A stretch of DNA of 64,000 nucleotides from Lingula anatina (lineage: Eukaryota > Animalia > Brachiopoda): positions 33,052,401-33,116,400 of the forward strand of contig CM120641.1 in NCBI GenBank assembly GCA_051362555.1, written 5' to 3'. A program made the position numbers and the translations under genes. Of this stretch, positions 12,030 to 24,886 are shown in pieces; within the stretch, counting starts at the first letter, position 1, and every line of letters starts with the position of its first letter. Below the pieces are notes generated by a model. It ran no database searches. It saw nothing but the letters and a program-made list of their open reading frames with translations, and was not told where the DNA came from.

Positions 12030-12914
12030 CTGCAAATTTATTCAAGAACCGAATGTCCATTTATTTCATGAGCACATAATTACTACTCAAGAGGGATATA
12101 GGTCTTTACCATATACATAAAATAAAACAATGAAATAAGAATAAAAAGACAAGTAACTACATGTATACAGCTACATAAATATATAAAGCATTGGCTGAGG
12201 TGATCCGATTGTTAAACAATATATTTGTTATTGCCCTAGCTGTTACCAAAATGCAACCCTGGTGTGAAAAGAATGAAAAAAATCTATTTCAACATGATTC
12301 TATCTGAATCTAGCTATTTTAAGACTTATGCATGTAATTGGGATTACATACATAACATCATTAACTCTTTCATTTTCAATTTTAAGTCAAAATGATCTGT
12401 AGCATTCTTTTTGAAGGTACCCATAAAATTATCATATCTTTAAGTTATTTAGTCTAAGGAGAAATCAAAATAATTATATTACTATACTCTTTTGCTCCAA
12501 ACCTGTTAGTTTCCTTTCCCAGCTGATCATAAACACAAACACAAAACCCTGGAATAAAATTAAAATGCTTGGCTTCCAAAATCCTGGCATTTCAGATCAA
12601 TTCTAATTGCATGCCCTTTTTTATGTCACAGATATATACTATATCCAGCGTCATCATTCACAATGTTTTCCAAATACTTTTTCCGTTTGTAAAATTTCTA
12701 ATTGCTCCAATACTTCTTCATTCTGCTACAGTCACAATGATGGTGGTCAATCTGTCCTTCAAATAATTCCTTCCATTTCTTTCCATCATTTTTAATGTAA
12801 AATCCAAGTGAAAATCATCAAAGTTTCTATGACATGCAGCTTCATAAACAGTCCTTTAAGTTTCTGGTATGGCAAAGATGCCCATAACAACAAGCAACAA
12901 GTTATATGTTAAAG

Positions 12915-14154
12915 ATAAACATGAGATCAGTGTCATAACTGCATCCAAACTGATAAGGTGATCAAATATATGTATCAAAATGTAAAGCCGTTACTCCTAT
13001 GGAACTCAGACGCTTCCCCTCACAGTGGATACTCATATGCAGTTATCAATGTTTAAACATGGTCTACCAATCACTAGAGCTGATTGCAGGTGAACCTTAA
13101 CTGGTGGAATTAATTTAATTTTGAAGAGATCTGCATATAACTGCTTGAAAGATATCCTTCAAAAAGGAGAAAAGGGGTTGTTCTGCAAACAGCAATTGCA
13201 TGTTTTTTACAATGTGTTGCTATGTATAGATTCCACCAAAGTCGCTAAAGGAATGATGAATGATTTCAAACTGCTTTTGATTTATGGTTTTACCAGTACT
13301 CTGTTGTAAATGATTAGGAAAGTACACAACTGATGCTGTTTGAATGCCAACAGACCAATGTTTACCTAGTGAGCTAGTTCAATATGCCTGTCATAAATAT
13401 GACAAAGAATACTTATATTGCTTTGAAGCCCAGCAATCTTATCAAATTCAAGGAACTTTATCAATACTTTATTAACAGGAAACATCACAGCTGATTCGCC
13501 TTATACAAGCACAAGGTTCTCTAAAAGATTTTATGAAAAACCTCATTTAATACTTAGATGATTAAAGGGTTTTATTTGCCTGAGTTTAATATGTATCAGT
13601 ATGGGCACAGATTGATGCAATGAGAAAGGAGAAATATTCTTTAAAAAGTGCCTACCTAAAAGTTAAATTGAATTCAAACGTATAATTAATAATAATACAA
13701 GCAGATCATTTGCAATGCACTCCAATGTCCCTAGGTTTTTCCTAGCATTCTAACTGAAAATAACTAATGATCATACTTCTTAAAATTCATTTCTTCCTTC
13801 ACAAAACTTGCTCTTCCAAAACAAACATATACATGCAAAAGCTATTCAGTCTGAAATTTAAACATTATACAGTGGGCCACATGAGCATGTTATTTCTTTG
13901 CATGCTCTTGCATAAATTAATTTAATCTCGGAATCCATTTACCTAATCATTCCCAGCAGGTAAGCCAGCAGGAGGGTATATTACAAGGTCTACGCATAGG
14001 CATGAGCTTGAAATCAAATAAATCAGTTTTTCTTTAAATGGTATTATATTGGGAAGCGTCTGAGTTCCATAGGAGTAACGGCTTTACATTTTGATACATA
14101 TATTTGATCACCTTATCAGTTTGGATGCAGTTATGACACTGATCTCATGTTTAT
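12915..14154. repeat. 104-bp perfect inverted repeat pair (12915-13018 / 14051-14154)
   Basis: ataaacatgagatcag...cagacgcttccc is the reverse complement of gggaagcgtctg...ctgatctcatgtttat; ~1.03-kb spacer; no TSD seen. Confidence 0.9.
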
Positions 14155-14607
14155 TTCCGATATTTTTCAGTGGCTAATGAATCCATTTGTACACCTAGAG
14201 TAAATGCACTCAAAGTTAATGAATTTTTTTAAGTCTAACTTTTGTAACAAATCAATTATAATAAGACTATGAAGGTCCACAGGGTCAGATGGCAAGCACA
14301 GATTGCAGAATAATTGTGATAACCACTGTTTTGGTGGTAAAATGGAATTTATTATATTTCTATGTGTTGTTTACAATTAATATGTTTATTGTGGAATTTT
14401 GAATCTCATCTGAAGAGCTGTTACCCCATTAATATTTTCACAATTTTGCAAGTAAAATTAATACAAAATATTTGTGGGATTGATAATATCTTCAAATGGG
14501 GTATAACAGCATTGAGGGTCTGCCGTTAGATGGCGTGGGGGTGAAAGCAGTCCTTCTAAAATCTCGGAAAATCTCGCTTGCAGCTTCCGTTTACACCAGA
14601 GTTTAAC

Positions 14608-15156
14608 ATGGATCGTGGGCACACGTCGCTGACTGTGAACCAACTCAAATGCAAATTACTTGAATGTGGTGCCATAACAACTGGAAGAAACTGTGAATTG
14701 ATTGAAAGGTATATGTTTTCTTTTCATTTAGTGCTTGAAAAACACGAATGCTAACTATTTTCTTTGAAAAAATCAACGATTAGTCGAGGTGTGTGTGAGT
14801 GTCAAATCTGTCAAGTTACAGTATGTAAAATATGTAGGAGTACGCTCATATTTTGTTTTAGTAGCATGAAAGAAAAAGATTTTTTTAAACTTAGTAAACG
14901 TACTTATTTATTTTTTTCATAAGGTTCTCCAAAGAAGGCCCATAATATTGGGGGCAATGCAAACTGTCAGTTTCAGGACCCCAGGCCAGCCAACTTCAGA
15001 AACAGAGCAGGATACAATGATTACTTCAGGAATCAGACCTATCACTTCACATCAGTGTCAAAGATTGATATAGCCACCAGATATGCCTACCCTAAAGCTG
15101 ACTTACAGGTGGCAGTGATGGACCACGACTACTGCCAAGTGCCATGGACAGAATAA
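14608..15156 (+). pseudogene. Remnant of a SAP-domain gene fused to a DHDY-motif exon (probably transposon-derived)
   Basis: 14608-14708 MDRGHTSLTVNQLKCKLLECGAITTGRNCELIER|gt matches the SAP pattern LTVxxLKxxLxxxGxxxxGxxxELIER; 14924-15156 is an open exon ending AVMDHDYCQVPWTE*; phases (2 vs 1) are incompatible. Confidence 0.6.
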
Positions 15157-15369
15157 AGCATTATTAAAATATTAGACCTCTGTTTCACTTACACCATTCC
15201 CTCTATCCATGCTTTATTCTGTCCATGGCACTTGGCATAATTCTATGATGTCACACATCACCTAGTTTGATAATAATTTATCATATTTGCGCCAGATTCT
15301 TAAAAGGAAACTGGCGCAAATATGATAAATTATTATCAAACTAGGTGATGTGTGACATCATAGAATTAT
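15133..15369. repeat. Two abutting perfect hairpins (29-bp and 59-bp stems)
   Basis: 15133-15161 pairs with 15209-15237; 15237-15295 pairs with 15311-15369 around a 15-nt loop. Confidence 0.92.
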
Positions 15370-15950
15370 AATATGGAATTTAAACTAGTTAATGATGTAC
15401 CATCTTCCTTGCTTTAATGGGATATGAATATTTCAGGTTGAGGAACAAACAGTGAAGGACACTGAGCGTAGCACGTTATAACAAGGAAAGAGCGCAATCT
15501 AACACAACAAGAGACAATGGCGGATCACTGCTTCTAGATTTGGAGAGAAAATGGCAGCTAATAAAAAAATAAAATGGTTACCACACCGGTAACATGTAAG
15601 GAGAAACGAAAAACAAGATTAGATTTATTCAATTTACACATCCCACCACTATATATATAAAAAAAAAAATAATAATAATAAATAGATAAAAAAAATGAAA
15701 AACAAGATTAGATTTCTTCAATTTACCCATCCCAACACCCCAAAAAAATAAAATTTACTAACCATAGCTTGGATTCAAGAGGGAAGTCCATGTCCTGGTG
15801 GGATCGCTCGTCATCTTCTTTGTCCTGTAAAAAGAAACGAAAATCAAGATAAGATTTTTTCAATTAACCCATCCCACAACCCCAAAAAACTAAAATTTAC
15901 TAACCTTAGCTTGGATCCAAGAGTGAAGTCCATGTCCAGGTGGGGTCGGT

Positions 15951-16116
15951 CAGGGGCGTAACCAGACCATTTAAAATTGTACGCACAGATTTTGAAAATT
16001 CCCAGGTACAATTATATTCCGTGAAAAATACACTGAATTTATGGAGAATAATATCATGGTTGGCTCAAAAAATTGTACGCACAGTGCATCCGTGCATATG
16101 CCTGGTTACGCCCCTG
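15951..16116. mobile_element. hAT-type MITE inserted in a satellite monomer
   Basis: 15-bp TIR CAGGGGCGTAACCAG / CTGGTTACGCCCCTG; 8-bp TSD GGGTCGGT / GGGTCGCT (1 mismatch). Confidence 0.88.
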
Positions 16117-19100
16117 GGGTCGCTCATCATCTTCTTTGTCCTATAAAAAGAAACGAAAAACAAGATTAGATTTCTTCAATTTACCCATCTCAGCACCCCC
16201 AAAAAAAAAAAAAATTTACTAACCTTAGCTTGGATCCAAGAGTGAAGTCCATGCCGGGTGGGGTCACTCATCATCTTCTTTGTCCTGTCAAAATAAATGA
16301 AAAAATAGATTAGATTTTTTCAATTTACCCATCTCAGCACATCAAAAAAATAAAATTTACTAACCTTAGCTTGGATCCAAGAGGGAAGTCAATGTACGGG
16401 TGGGATCGCTCATCATCTTCTTTGTCCTGTAAAAAGAAATGAAAAACTAGATTAGATTTTTTTCAATTTACCCATCTCAGCACATCAGAAAAATAAAATT
16501 TACTAACCTTAGCTTGGATCCAACAGTGAAGTCCATGCCAGGTGGGGTCTCTCATCATCTTCTTTGTCCTGTAAAAGAAACGAAAAAACTAGATTAGATT
16601 TTTTCAATTTACCCATCTCAGCACCCCAAAAAAATAAAATTTACTAACCTTAGCTTGGATCCAAGAGGGAAGTCCATGCCCGGGTGGGGTCGCTCATCAT
16701 CTTCTTTGTCCTGTAAAAATAAACGAAAAAATAAAATTAGATTTATTCAATTTACCCATCTCAGCGCATCAGAAAAATTAAATTTACTAACCTTAGCTTG
16801 GATCCAACAGTGAAGTCCATGTACGGGTGGGATGCTCATCATCTTCGTTGTCCTGTAAAAAGAAATGAAAAACAAGATTAGATTTCTTCAAATTAACCAT
16901 CCCAACATCCCAAAAAACTAAAATTCACTAACCTTATTAGCTTGGATCCAAGAGTGAAGTCCATGTCCGGGTGGGGTCGCTCATCATCTTCTTTGTCCTG
17001 TAAAAAGAAATGAAAAACAAGATTAGATTTTTTTAATTTACTCAACCCAATACTACAAAAAAATAAAATTTACTAACCTTAGCTTCGATCCAACAATGAA
17101 GTCCATGCCGGGTGGGGTCGCTCATCATCTTCTTTGTCCTGTAAAAAGAAATGAAAAACAAGATTAGATTTTTTTAATTTACTCAACCCAATACTACAAA
17201 AAAATAAAATTTACTAACCTTAGCTTCGATCCAACAATGACGTCCATGCCGGGTGGGGTCGCTCATCATCTTCTTTGTCCTGTAAAAAGAAATGAAAAAC
17301 TAGATTAGATTTTTTCAATTTACCCATCTCACCACATCAGAAAAATAAAATTAACTAACCTTAGCTTGGATCCAACAGTGAAGTCCATGCCGGGTGGGGT
17401 CGCTCATCATCTTCTTTGTCCTGTAAAAGAAACGAAAAACTAGATTAGATTTCTTCAATTTAGCCATCTCAGCACCCCCCCCAAAAAAAATTTACTAACC
17501 ATAGCTTGGATCCAAGAGGGAAGTCTATGTCCGGGTGGGGTCGCTCATCATCTTCTTTGTCCTGTAAAAAGAAACGAAAAACAAGATCAGATTTCTTCAA
17601 ATTAATCATCCCAACATCCCAAAAAACTAAAATTCACTAACCTTATTAGCTTGGACCCAAGAGTGAAGTCCATGTCCGGGTGGGGTCGCTCATCATCTTC
17701 TTTGTCCTGTAAAAAGAAACAAAAAAAAAGATAAGATTTCTTCAAATTAACCATCCCAACATCCCAAAAAACTAAAATTCACTAACCTTATTAGCTTGAA
17801 TCCAAGAGTGAAGTCCATGTCCGGGTGGGGTCAGTCATCATCTTCTTTGTCCTGTAAAAAGAAATGAAAAAGAAGATTAGATTTTTTCAATTTACTCATC
17901 CCAATACTACAAAAAAAATGAAATTTACTAACCTTAGCTTGGATCCAAGAGTGAAGTCCATGTCTGGGTGGGGTCACCCATCATCTTCTTTGTCCTGTAA
18001 AAAGAATTGAAAAAAAAGATTAGATTTTTTCAATTTACTCATCCCAATGCTACAAAAAAAATTTACTAACCTTAGCTTGGATCCAAGAGGGAAGTCCATG
18101 TCCTGGTGGGGTTGCTCATCATCTTCTTTGTCCTGTAAAAATAAATGAAAAAATAGATTAGATTTTTTTCAATTTGCCCATCTAAGCACATCAGAAAAAT
18201 AAAATTTACTAACCTTAGCTTGGATCCAAGAGGGAAGTCCATGTACAGATGGGGTCGCTCATCATCTTCTTTGTCCTGTAAAAAGAAAACAAAAACAAGA
18301 TTAGATTTGTTCAATTTAACCATCCCAACATCCCAAAAAATAAAATTCACTAACCTTAGCTTGGATCCAAGAGTGAAGTCCATGTCCGGGTGGGGTCGCT
18401 CATCATCTTCTTTGTCCTGTAAAAAGAAATGAAAAACAAGATTAGATTCGTTCAATTTAACCATCCCAACATCCCAAAAAACTAAAATTCACTAACCTTA
18501 GCTTGGATCCAAGAGTGAAGTCCATGTCCGGGTGGGGTCGCTCATCATCTTCTTTGTCCTGTAAAAAGAAATGAAAAACAAGATTAGATTCGTTCAATTT
18601 AACCATTCCAACATCCCAAAAAACTAAAATTCACTAACCTTAGCTTGGATCCAAGAGTGAAGTCCATGTCCGGGTAGGGTCGCTCATCATCTTCTTTGTC
18701 CTGTAAAAAGAAATGAAAAACAAGATTAGATTTTTTCAATTTACTCATCCCAATAGTACAAAAAAATAAAATTTACTAACCTTAACTTGGATCCAAGAGG
18801 GAAGTCCAAGTCCGTGTGGGGTCGCTCATCATCTTCTTTGTCCTGTAAAAATTAAAGAAAAAATAGATTAGATTTTTTCAATTTACCCATCTCAGCACAT
18901 CAGAAAAATAAAATTTACTAACCTTAGCTTGGCTCCAAGAGTCAAGTCCATGTACGGGTGGGGTCGCTCATCATCTTCTTTGTCCTGTAAAAAGAAATGA
19001 AAAACAAGATTAGATTTGTTCAATTTAACCATCCCAACATCCCAATATAACTAAAATTCATTAACCTTAGCTTGGATCCAAGAGTGAAGTCCATGCCAGG

Positions 19101-22100
19101 TGGGGGTCGCTCATCATCTTCTTTGTCCAGTAAAAAGAAATGAAAAACTAGATTAGATTTTTTCAATTTACTCATCCCAATACTACAAAAAAATAAAATT
19201 TACTAACATTACCTTGGATCCAAGATTGAAGTCCATGTCCGGGTGGGGTTGCTCATCATCTTCATTGTCCTGTAAAAATATAAAGAAAAAATAGATTAGA
19301 TTTTTACAATTTACTCATCCCAATACTACAAAAAAATAAAATTTACTAACCTTAGCTTGCATCCAAGAGGGAAGTCCATGTACGGATGGGGTCGCTCATC
19401 ATCTTCTTTGTCCTGTAAAAAGAAATGAAAAACAAGATTAGATTTGTTCAATTTAACCATCCCAACATCCCAAAAAACTAAAATTCACTAACCTTAGTTT
19501 GGATCCAAGAGTGAAGTCCATGTCCGGGTGGGGTCGCTCATCATCTTCTTTGTCCTGTAAAAAGAAATGAAAAACAAGATTAGATTTTTTTAATTTACCC
19601 ATCTCAGCACCTCAAAAAAATAAAATTTACTAACCTTAGCTTGGATCCAAGAGGGAAGTCCATGTATGGATGGGGTCGCTCAGCATCTTCTTTGTCCTGT
19701 AAAAAGAAATGAAAAACAAAATTAGATTTGTTCAATTTAACCATCTCAACATCCCAAAAAACTAAAATTCACTAACCTTAGCTTGGATCCAAGAGTGAAG
19801 TCCATGTCCGGGTGGGGTCACTCATCATCTTCTTTGTCCTGTAAAAATAAACGAAAAAAAAGATTAGATTTTTTCAATTTACCCATCTGAGCACATCAGA
19901 AAAATAAAATTTACTAACCTTAGCTTGGATCCAAGAGGGAAGTCCATGTACGGATGGGGTCGCTCATCATCTTCTTTGTCCTGTAAAAAGAAATGAAAAA
20001 CAAGATTAGATTTGTTCAATATAACCATCTCAACATCCCAAAAAACTAAAATTCACTAACCTTAGCTTGGCTCCAAGAGTGAAGTCCATGTCCGGGTGGG
20101 GTCGCTCATCATCTTCTTTGTCCTGTAAAAAGAAATGAAAAACAAGATTAGATTTTTTCAATTTACTCATCCCAATACTATAAAAAAAATAAAATTTACT
20201 AACCTTAGCTTGGATCCAAGAGGGAAGTCCATGTACGGATGGGGTCGCTCATCATCTTCTTTGTCCTGTAAAAAGAAATGAAAAACAAGATTAGATTTTT
20301 TTTTAATTTACTCATCCAAATACTACAAAAAAATAAAATTTACTAACCTTAGCTTGGATCCAAGGGTGAAGTCCATGTACGGGTGGGGTCGCTCATCATC
20401 TTCTTTGTCCTGTAAAAAGAAACGAAAAACAAGATTAGATCTGTTCAATTTAACCATCCCAACATCCCAAAAAACTAAAATTCACTAACCTTAGCTTGGA
20501 TCCAAGAGTGAAGTCCATGTCCAGGTGGGGTCGCTCATCATCTTCTTTGTCCTGTAAAAAGAAATGAAAAACAAGATTAGATTTTTTCAATTTACTCATC
20601 CCAATACTACAAAAAAATGAAATTTACTAACCTTAGCTTGGATCCAAGAGTGAAGTCCATATCCGGGTGGGGTTCCTCATCATCTTCTTTTTCCTGTAAA
20701 AAGAAATGAAAAACAAGATTAAATTTTTGCAATTTACTTTTCCCAATACTACAAAAAAATAAAATTTACTAACCTTAGCTTAGATCCAACAATGAAGTCC
20801 ATGCCAGGTGGGGGTCGCTCATCATCTTCTTTGTCCTGTAAAAAGAAATAAAAACAAGATTAGATTTGTTCAATTTAACCATCCCAACATCCCAAAAAAC
20901 TAAAATTCACTAACCTTAGCTTGGATCCAAGAGTGAAGTCCATGTCCGGGTAGGGTCGCTCATCATCTTCTTTGTCCTGTAAAAAGAAATGAAAAACTAG
21001 ATTAGATTTTTCAATTTACCCATCTCAGCACATCAGAAAATAAAATTTACTAACCTTAGCTTGGATCCAAGAGGGAAGTCCATGTATGGATGGGGTCGCT
21101 CAGCATCTTCTTTGTCCTGTAAAAAGAAATGAAAAACAAGATTAGATTTGTTCAATTTAACCATCTCAACATCCCAAAAAACTAAAATTCACTAACCTTA
21201 GCTTGGATCCAAGAGTGAAGTCCATGTCCGGGTGGGGTCACTCATCATCTTCTTTGTCCTGTAAAAATAAACGAAAAAAAAGATTAGATTTTTTCAATTT
21301 ACCCATCTCAGCACATCAGAAAAATAAAATTTACTAACCTTAACTTGGATCCAAGAGGGAAGTCCATGTATGGATGGGGTCGCTCATCATCTTCTTTGTC
21401 CTGTAAAAAGAAATGAAAAACAAGATTAGATTTGTTCAATTTAACCATCTCAACATCCCAAAAAACTAAAATTCACTTACCTTAGCTTGGATCCAAGAGT
21501 GAAGTCCATGTCCGGGTGGGGTCGCTCATCTTCTTTGTCCTGTAAAAAGAAATGAAAAACAAGATTAGATTCTTTCAATTTACTCATCCCAATACTACAA
21601 AAAAATAAAATTTACTAACCTTAACTTGGATCCAAGAGTGAAGTCCATGTGCCGGGTGGGGTTGCGCATCATCTTCTTTGTCCTGTAAAAAGAAATGAAA
21701 AACAAGATTAGATTTTTTTTAAATTTACTCATCCCATTACTACAAAAAAATAAAATTTACTAACCTTAGCTTGGATCCAACAATGAAGTCCATGCCGGGT
21801 GGGGTTGCTCATCATCTTCTTTGTCCTGTAAAGGAAACGAAAAACTAGATTAGATTTTTTCAAATTACCCATCTCAGCACCCCAAAAAAATAAAATTCAC
21901 TAACCTTAGCTTGGATCCAAGAGTGAAGTCCATGCTGGGTGGGGTCGCTCATCATCTTCTTTGTCCTGTAAAAATAAATGAAAAAAATAGATTAGATTTT
22001 TTCAATTTACCCATCTCAGCACATCAGAAAAATAAAATTTACTAACCTTAGCTTGGATCCAAGGGTGAAGTCCATGTACGGGTGGGGTCGCTCATCATCT

Positions 22101-23859
22101 TCTTGATCCTGTAAAAAGAAACGAAAAACAAGATTAGATCTGTTCAATTTAACCATCCCAACATCCCAAAAAACTAAAATTCACTAACCTTAGCTTGGAT
22201 CCAAGAGTGAAGTCCATGTCCAGGTGGGGTCGTTCATCATCTTCTTTGTCCTGTAAAAAGAAATGAAAAACAAGATTAGATTTTTTCAATTTACTCATCC
22301 CAATACTACAAAAAAATAAAATTTACTAACCTTAGCTTGGATCCAAGAGTGAAGACCATATCGGGGTGGGGTTGCTCATCATCTTCTTTTTCCTGTAAAA
22401 AGAAATGAAAAACAAGATTAGATTTTTTCAATTAACTTATCCCAATACTACAAAAAAATAAAATTTACTAACCTTAGCTTGGATCCAAGAGTGAAGTCCA
22501 TATCCGGGTGGGGTCGCTCATCATCTTCTTTGTCCTGTAAACAGAAACGAAAAACTAGATAAGATTTTTTCAATTTACCCATCTCAGCACCCCAAAAAAA
22601 TAAAATTTACTAACCTTAACTTGGATCCAAGTGTGAAGTCCATGTGCCGGGTGGGGTTGCGCATCATCTTCTTTATCTTGTAAAAAGAAATGAAAAACAA
22701 GATTAGATTTTTTTTTAATTTACTCATCCCAATACTACAAAAAAATAAAATTTACTAACCTTAACTTGGATCCAACAATAAAGTCCATGCCGGGTGGGGT
22801 CGCTCATCATCTTCTTTGTCCTGTAAAAATAAATGAAAAAAATAGATTAGATTTTTTCAATTTACCCATCTCAGCACATCAGAAAAATAAAATTTACTAA
22901 CCTTAGCTTGGATCCAAGGGTGAAGTCCATGTACGGGTGGGGTCGCTCATCATCTTTTTTGTCCTGTAAAAAGAAATGAAAAAGAAGATTAGATTTTTTC
23001 AATTTACTCATCCCAATAGTACAAAAAAATAAAATTTACTAACCTTAGCTTGGATCCAACAATGAAGTCCATGCCAGGTGGGGGTCGCTCATCATCTTCT
23101 TTGTCCTGTAAAAAGAAATGAAAAACTAGATTAGATTTTTCAATTTACCCATCTCAGCACATCAGAAAATAAAATTTACTAACCTTAGCTTGGATCCAAG
23201 AGGGAAGTCCATGTATGGATGGGGTCGCTCATCATCTTCTTTGTCCTGTAAAAAGAAATGAAAAACAAGATTAGATTTTTTCAATTTACTCATCCCAATA
23301 CTACAAAAAAATAAAATTTACTTACCTTAACTTGGATCCAAGAGTGAAGTCCATGTGCCGGGTGGGGTTGCGCATCATCTTCTTTGTCCTGTAAAAAGAA
23401 ATGAAAAACAAGATTAGATTTTTTTTTAATTTACTCATCCCATTACTACAAAAAAATAAAATTTACTAACCTTAGCTTGGATCCAACAATGAAGTCCATG
23501 CCAGGTGGGGGTCGCTCATCATCTTCTTTGTCCTGTAAAAAGAAATGAAAAACTAGATTAGATTTTTTCAATTTACCCATCTCAGCACCCCAAAAAAATA
23601 AAATTCACTAACCTTAGCTTGGATCCAAGAGTGAAGTCCATGCTGGGTGGGGTCGCTCATCATCTTCTTTGTCCTGTAAAAAGAAATGAAAAACAAGATT
23701 AGATTTTTTTTTAATTTACTCATCCCATTACTACAAAAAAATAAAATTTACTAACCTTAGCTTGGATCCAACAATGAAGTCCATGCCGGGTGGGGTTGCT
23801 CATCATCTTCTTTGTCCTGTAAAGGAAACGAAAAACAAAATTAGATTTTTTCAATTTAC

Positions 23860-24686
23860 TGTAGCCACTTGCAATACTCACACACCACAACAACAGCTTT
23901 GCGTCGTTTTTACTGATTTATTAAACCTTAAACCGTCAACTGAAAAAAAAATAATTGAAATAAAATATGAAAATCATCTCATATTCTTGCCCTAGTTCTT
24001 TTATATAATGCTATTAAGTCACTTAAATAACATCTTTACTTAACAGTTGCATGTTATCCTATCTTTATTTCCAAAATATAAGTAACTCTTACCGACTTTG
24101 GGCTATTCTAGTGTAATGCAAGCGACTGGGTTCTAAATGATTGTGTAGTAAATCTCATCTGGCGCAACTAACACAATGAAAAAATACGCTTTTAAAATAA
24201 CATTGATTACGAACATAAAACAAACAATCTTTAACTCGCAACTAGTACAGCTACATTCTTGTTTCTAAACAATACACTACACTTAACTGAACTTTCTTTA
24301 CTCCAATACTGAAAGGCACAGTGATTGTGTTACATGTACTGTGCATTGTACATGAGACCGGCATTTCTAACGCTACTCAAAGTTGCAGTTTACAATGGAA
24401 AACTAATTTTATCTTCTCGCAATTATCTTTAAATGAACTTTCATAACTTAAAATTAATTGCTAACCTTATGGGCCAGATTCCTGTTACAAAAACACTTGT
24501 AATTACGGCTGTCTCAGCATTTAATATCAGCCGATCTCATTCCACATGGAATCACATTCTATCCCATCATTATCATAAGCGCGCTAAAAACAATTGTTAT
24601 TCAACACCGATGCGACAAACAAGTGAGTAGCGCGTCCGAAGTAAAGAAATAAGATTTATATATAAAACACTGCTCTGGCAGTAACA
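23860..24686 (-). repeat. 3' LTR (827 bp)
   Basis: Near-identical to 30823-31648 (2 substitutions and one A-run indel noticed). Confidence 0.95.
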
Positions 24687-24886
24687 CTCCCCAGCCAAAA
24701 TCTAATTGATTTTCTATACAAACAAACAAAACTAACTTACACATGAAACAATGTAACTGGTAAACTGTAACTATTAACTCACTATACAATAGCTTTGGTA
24801 CTCCCAAATACCATTAGATCTTCACTTATAAGTTCTTGAACATCATGTATCACAAAACCATACTCGAACATTATTCTATGGAAAAC

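Noticed and set aside
13881-14003. Signal-peptide exon of gene A (either strand)
   Set aside because: Hydrophobic stretches and donor sites exist, but every phase-compatible frame contains stop codons.
15577-15593. Helitron/Helentron 3' hairpin (gttacc-acacc-ggtaac) at the array edge
   Set aside because: Only a 6-bp stem, with no CTRR terminus or subterminal IR partner found.
18072-18464. Short ORFs within the satellite (also 52700-52981, 59229-59510 and others)
   Set aside because: Read-through of repeat units broken by homopolymer-length variation; not genes.
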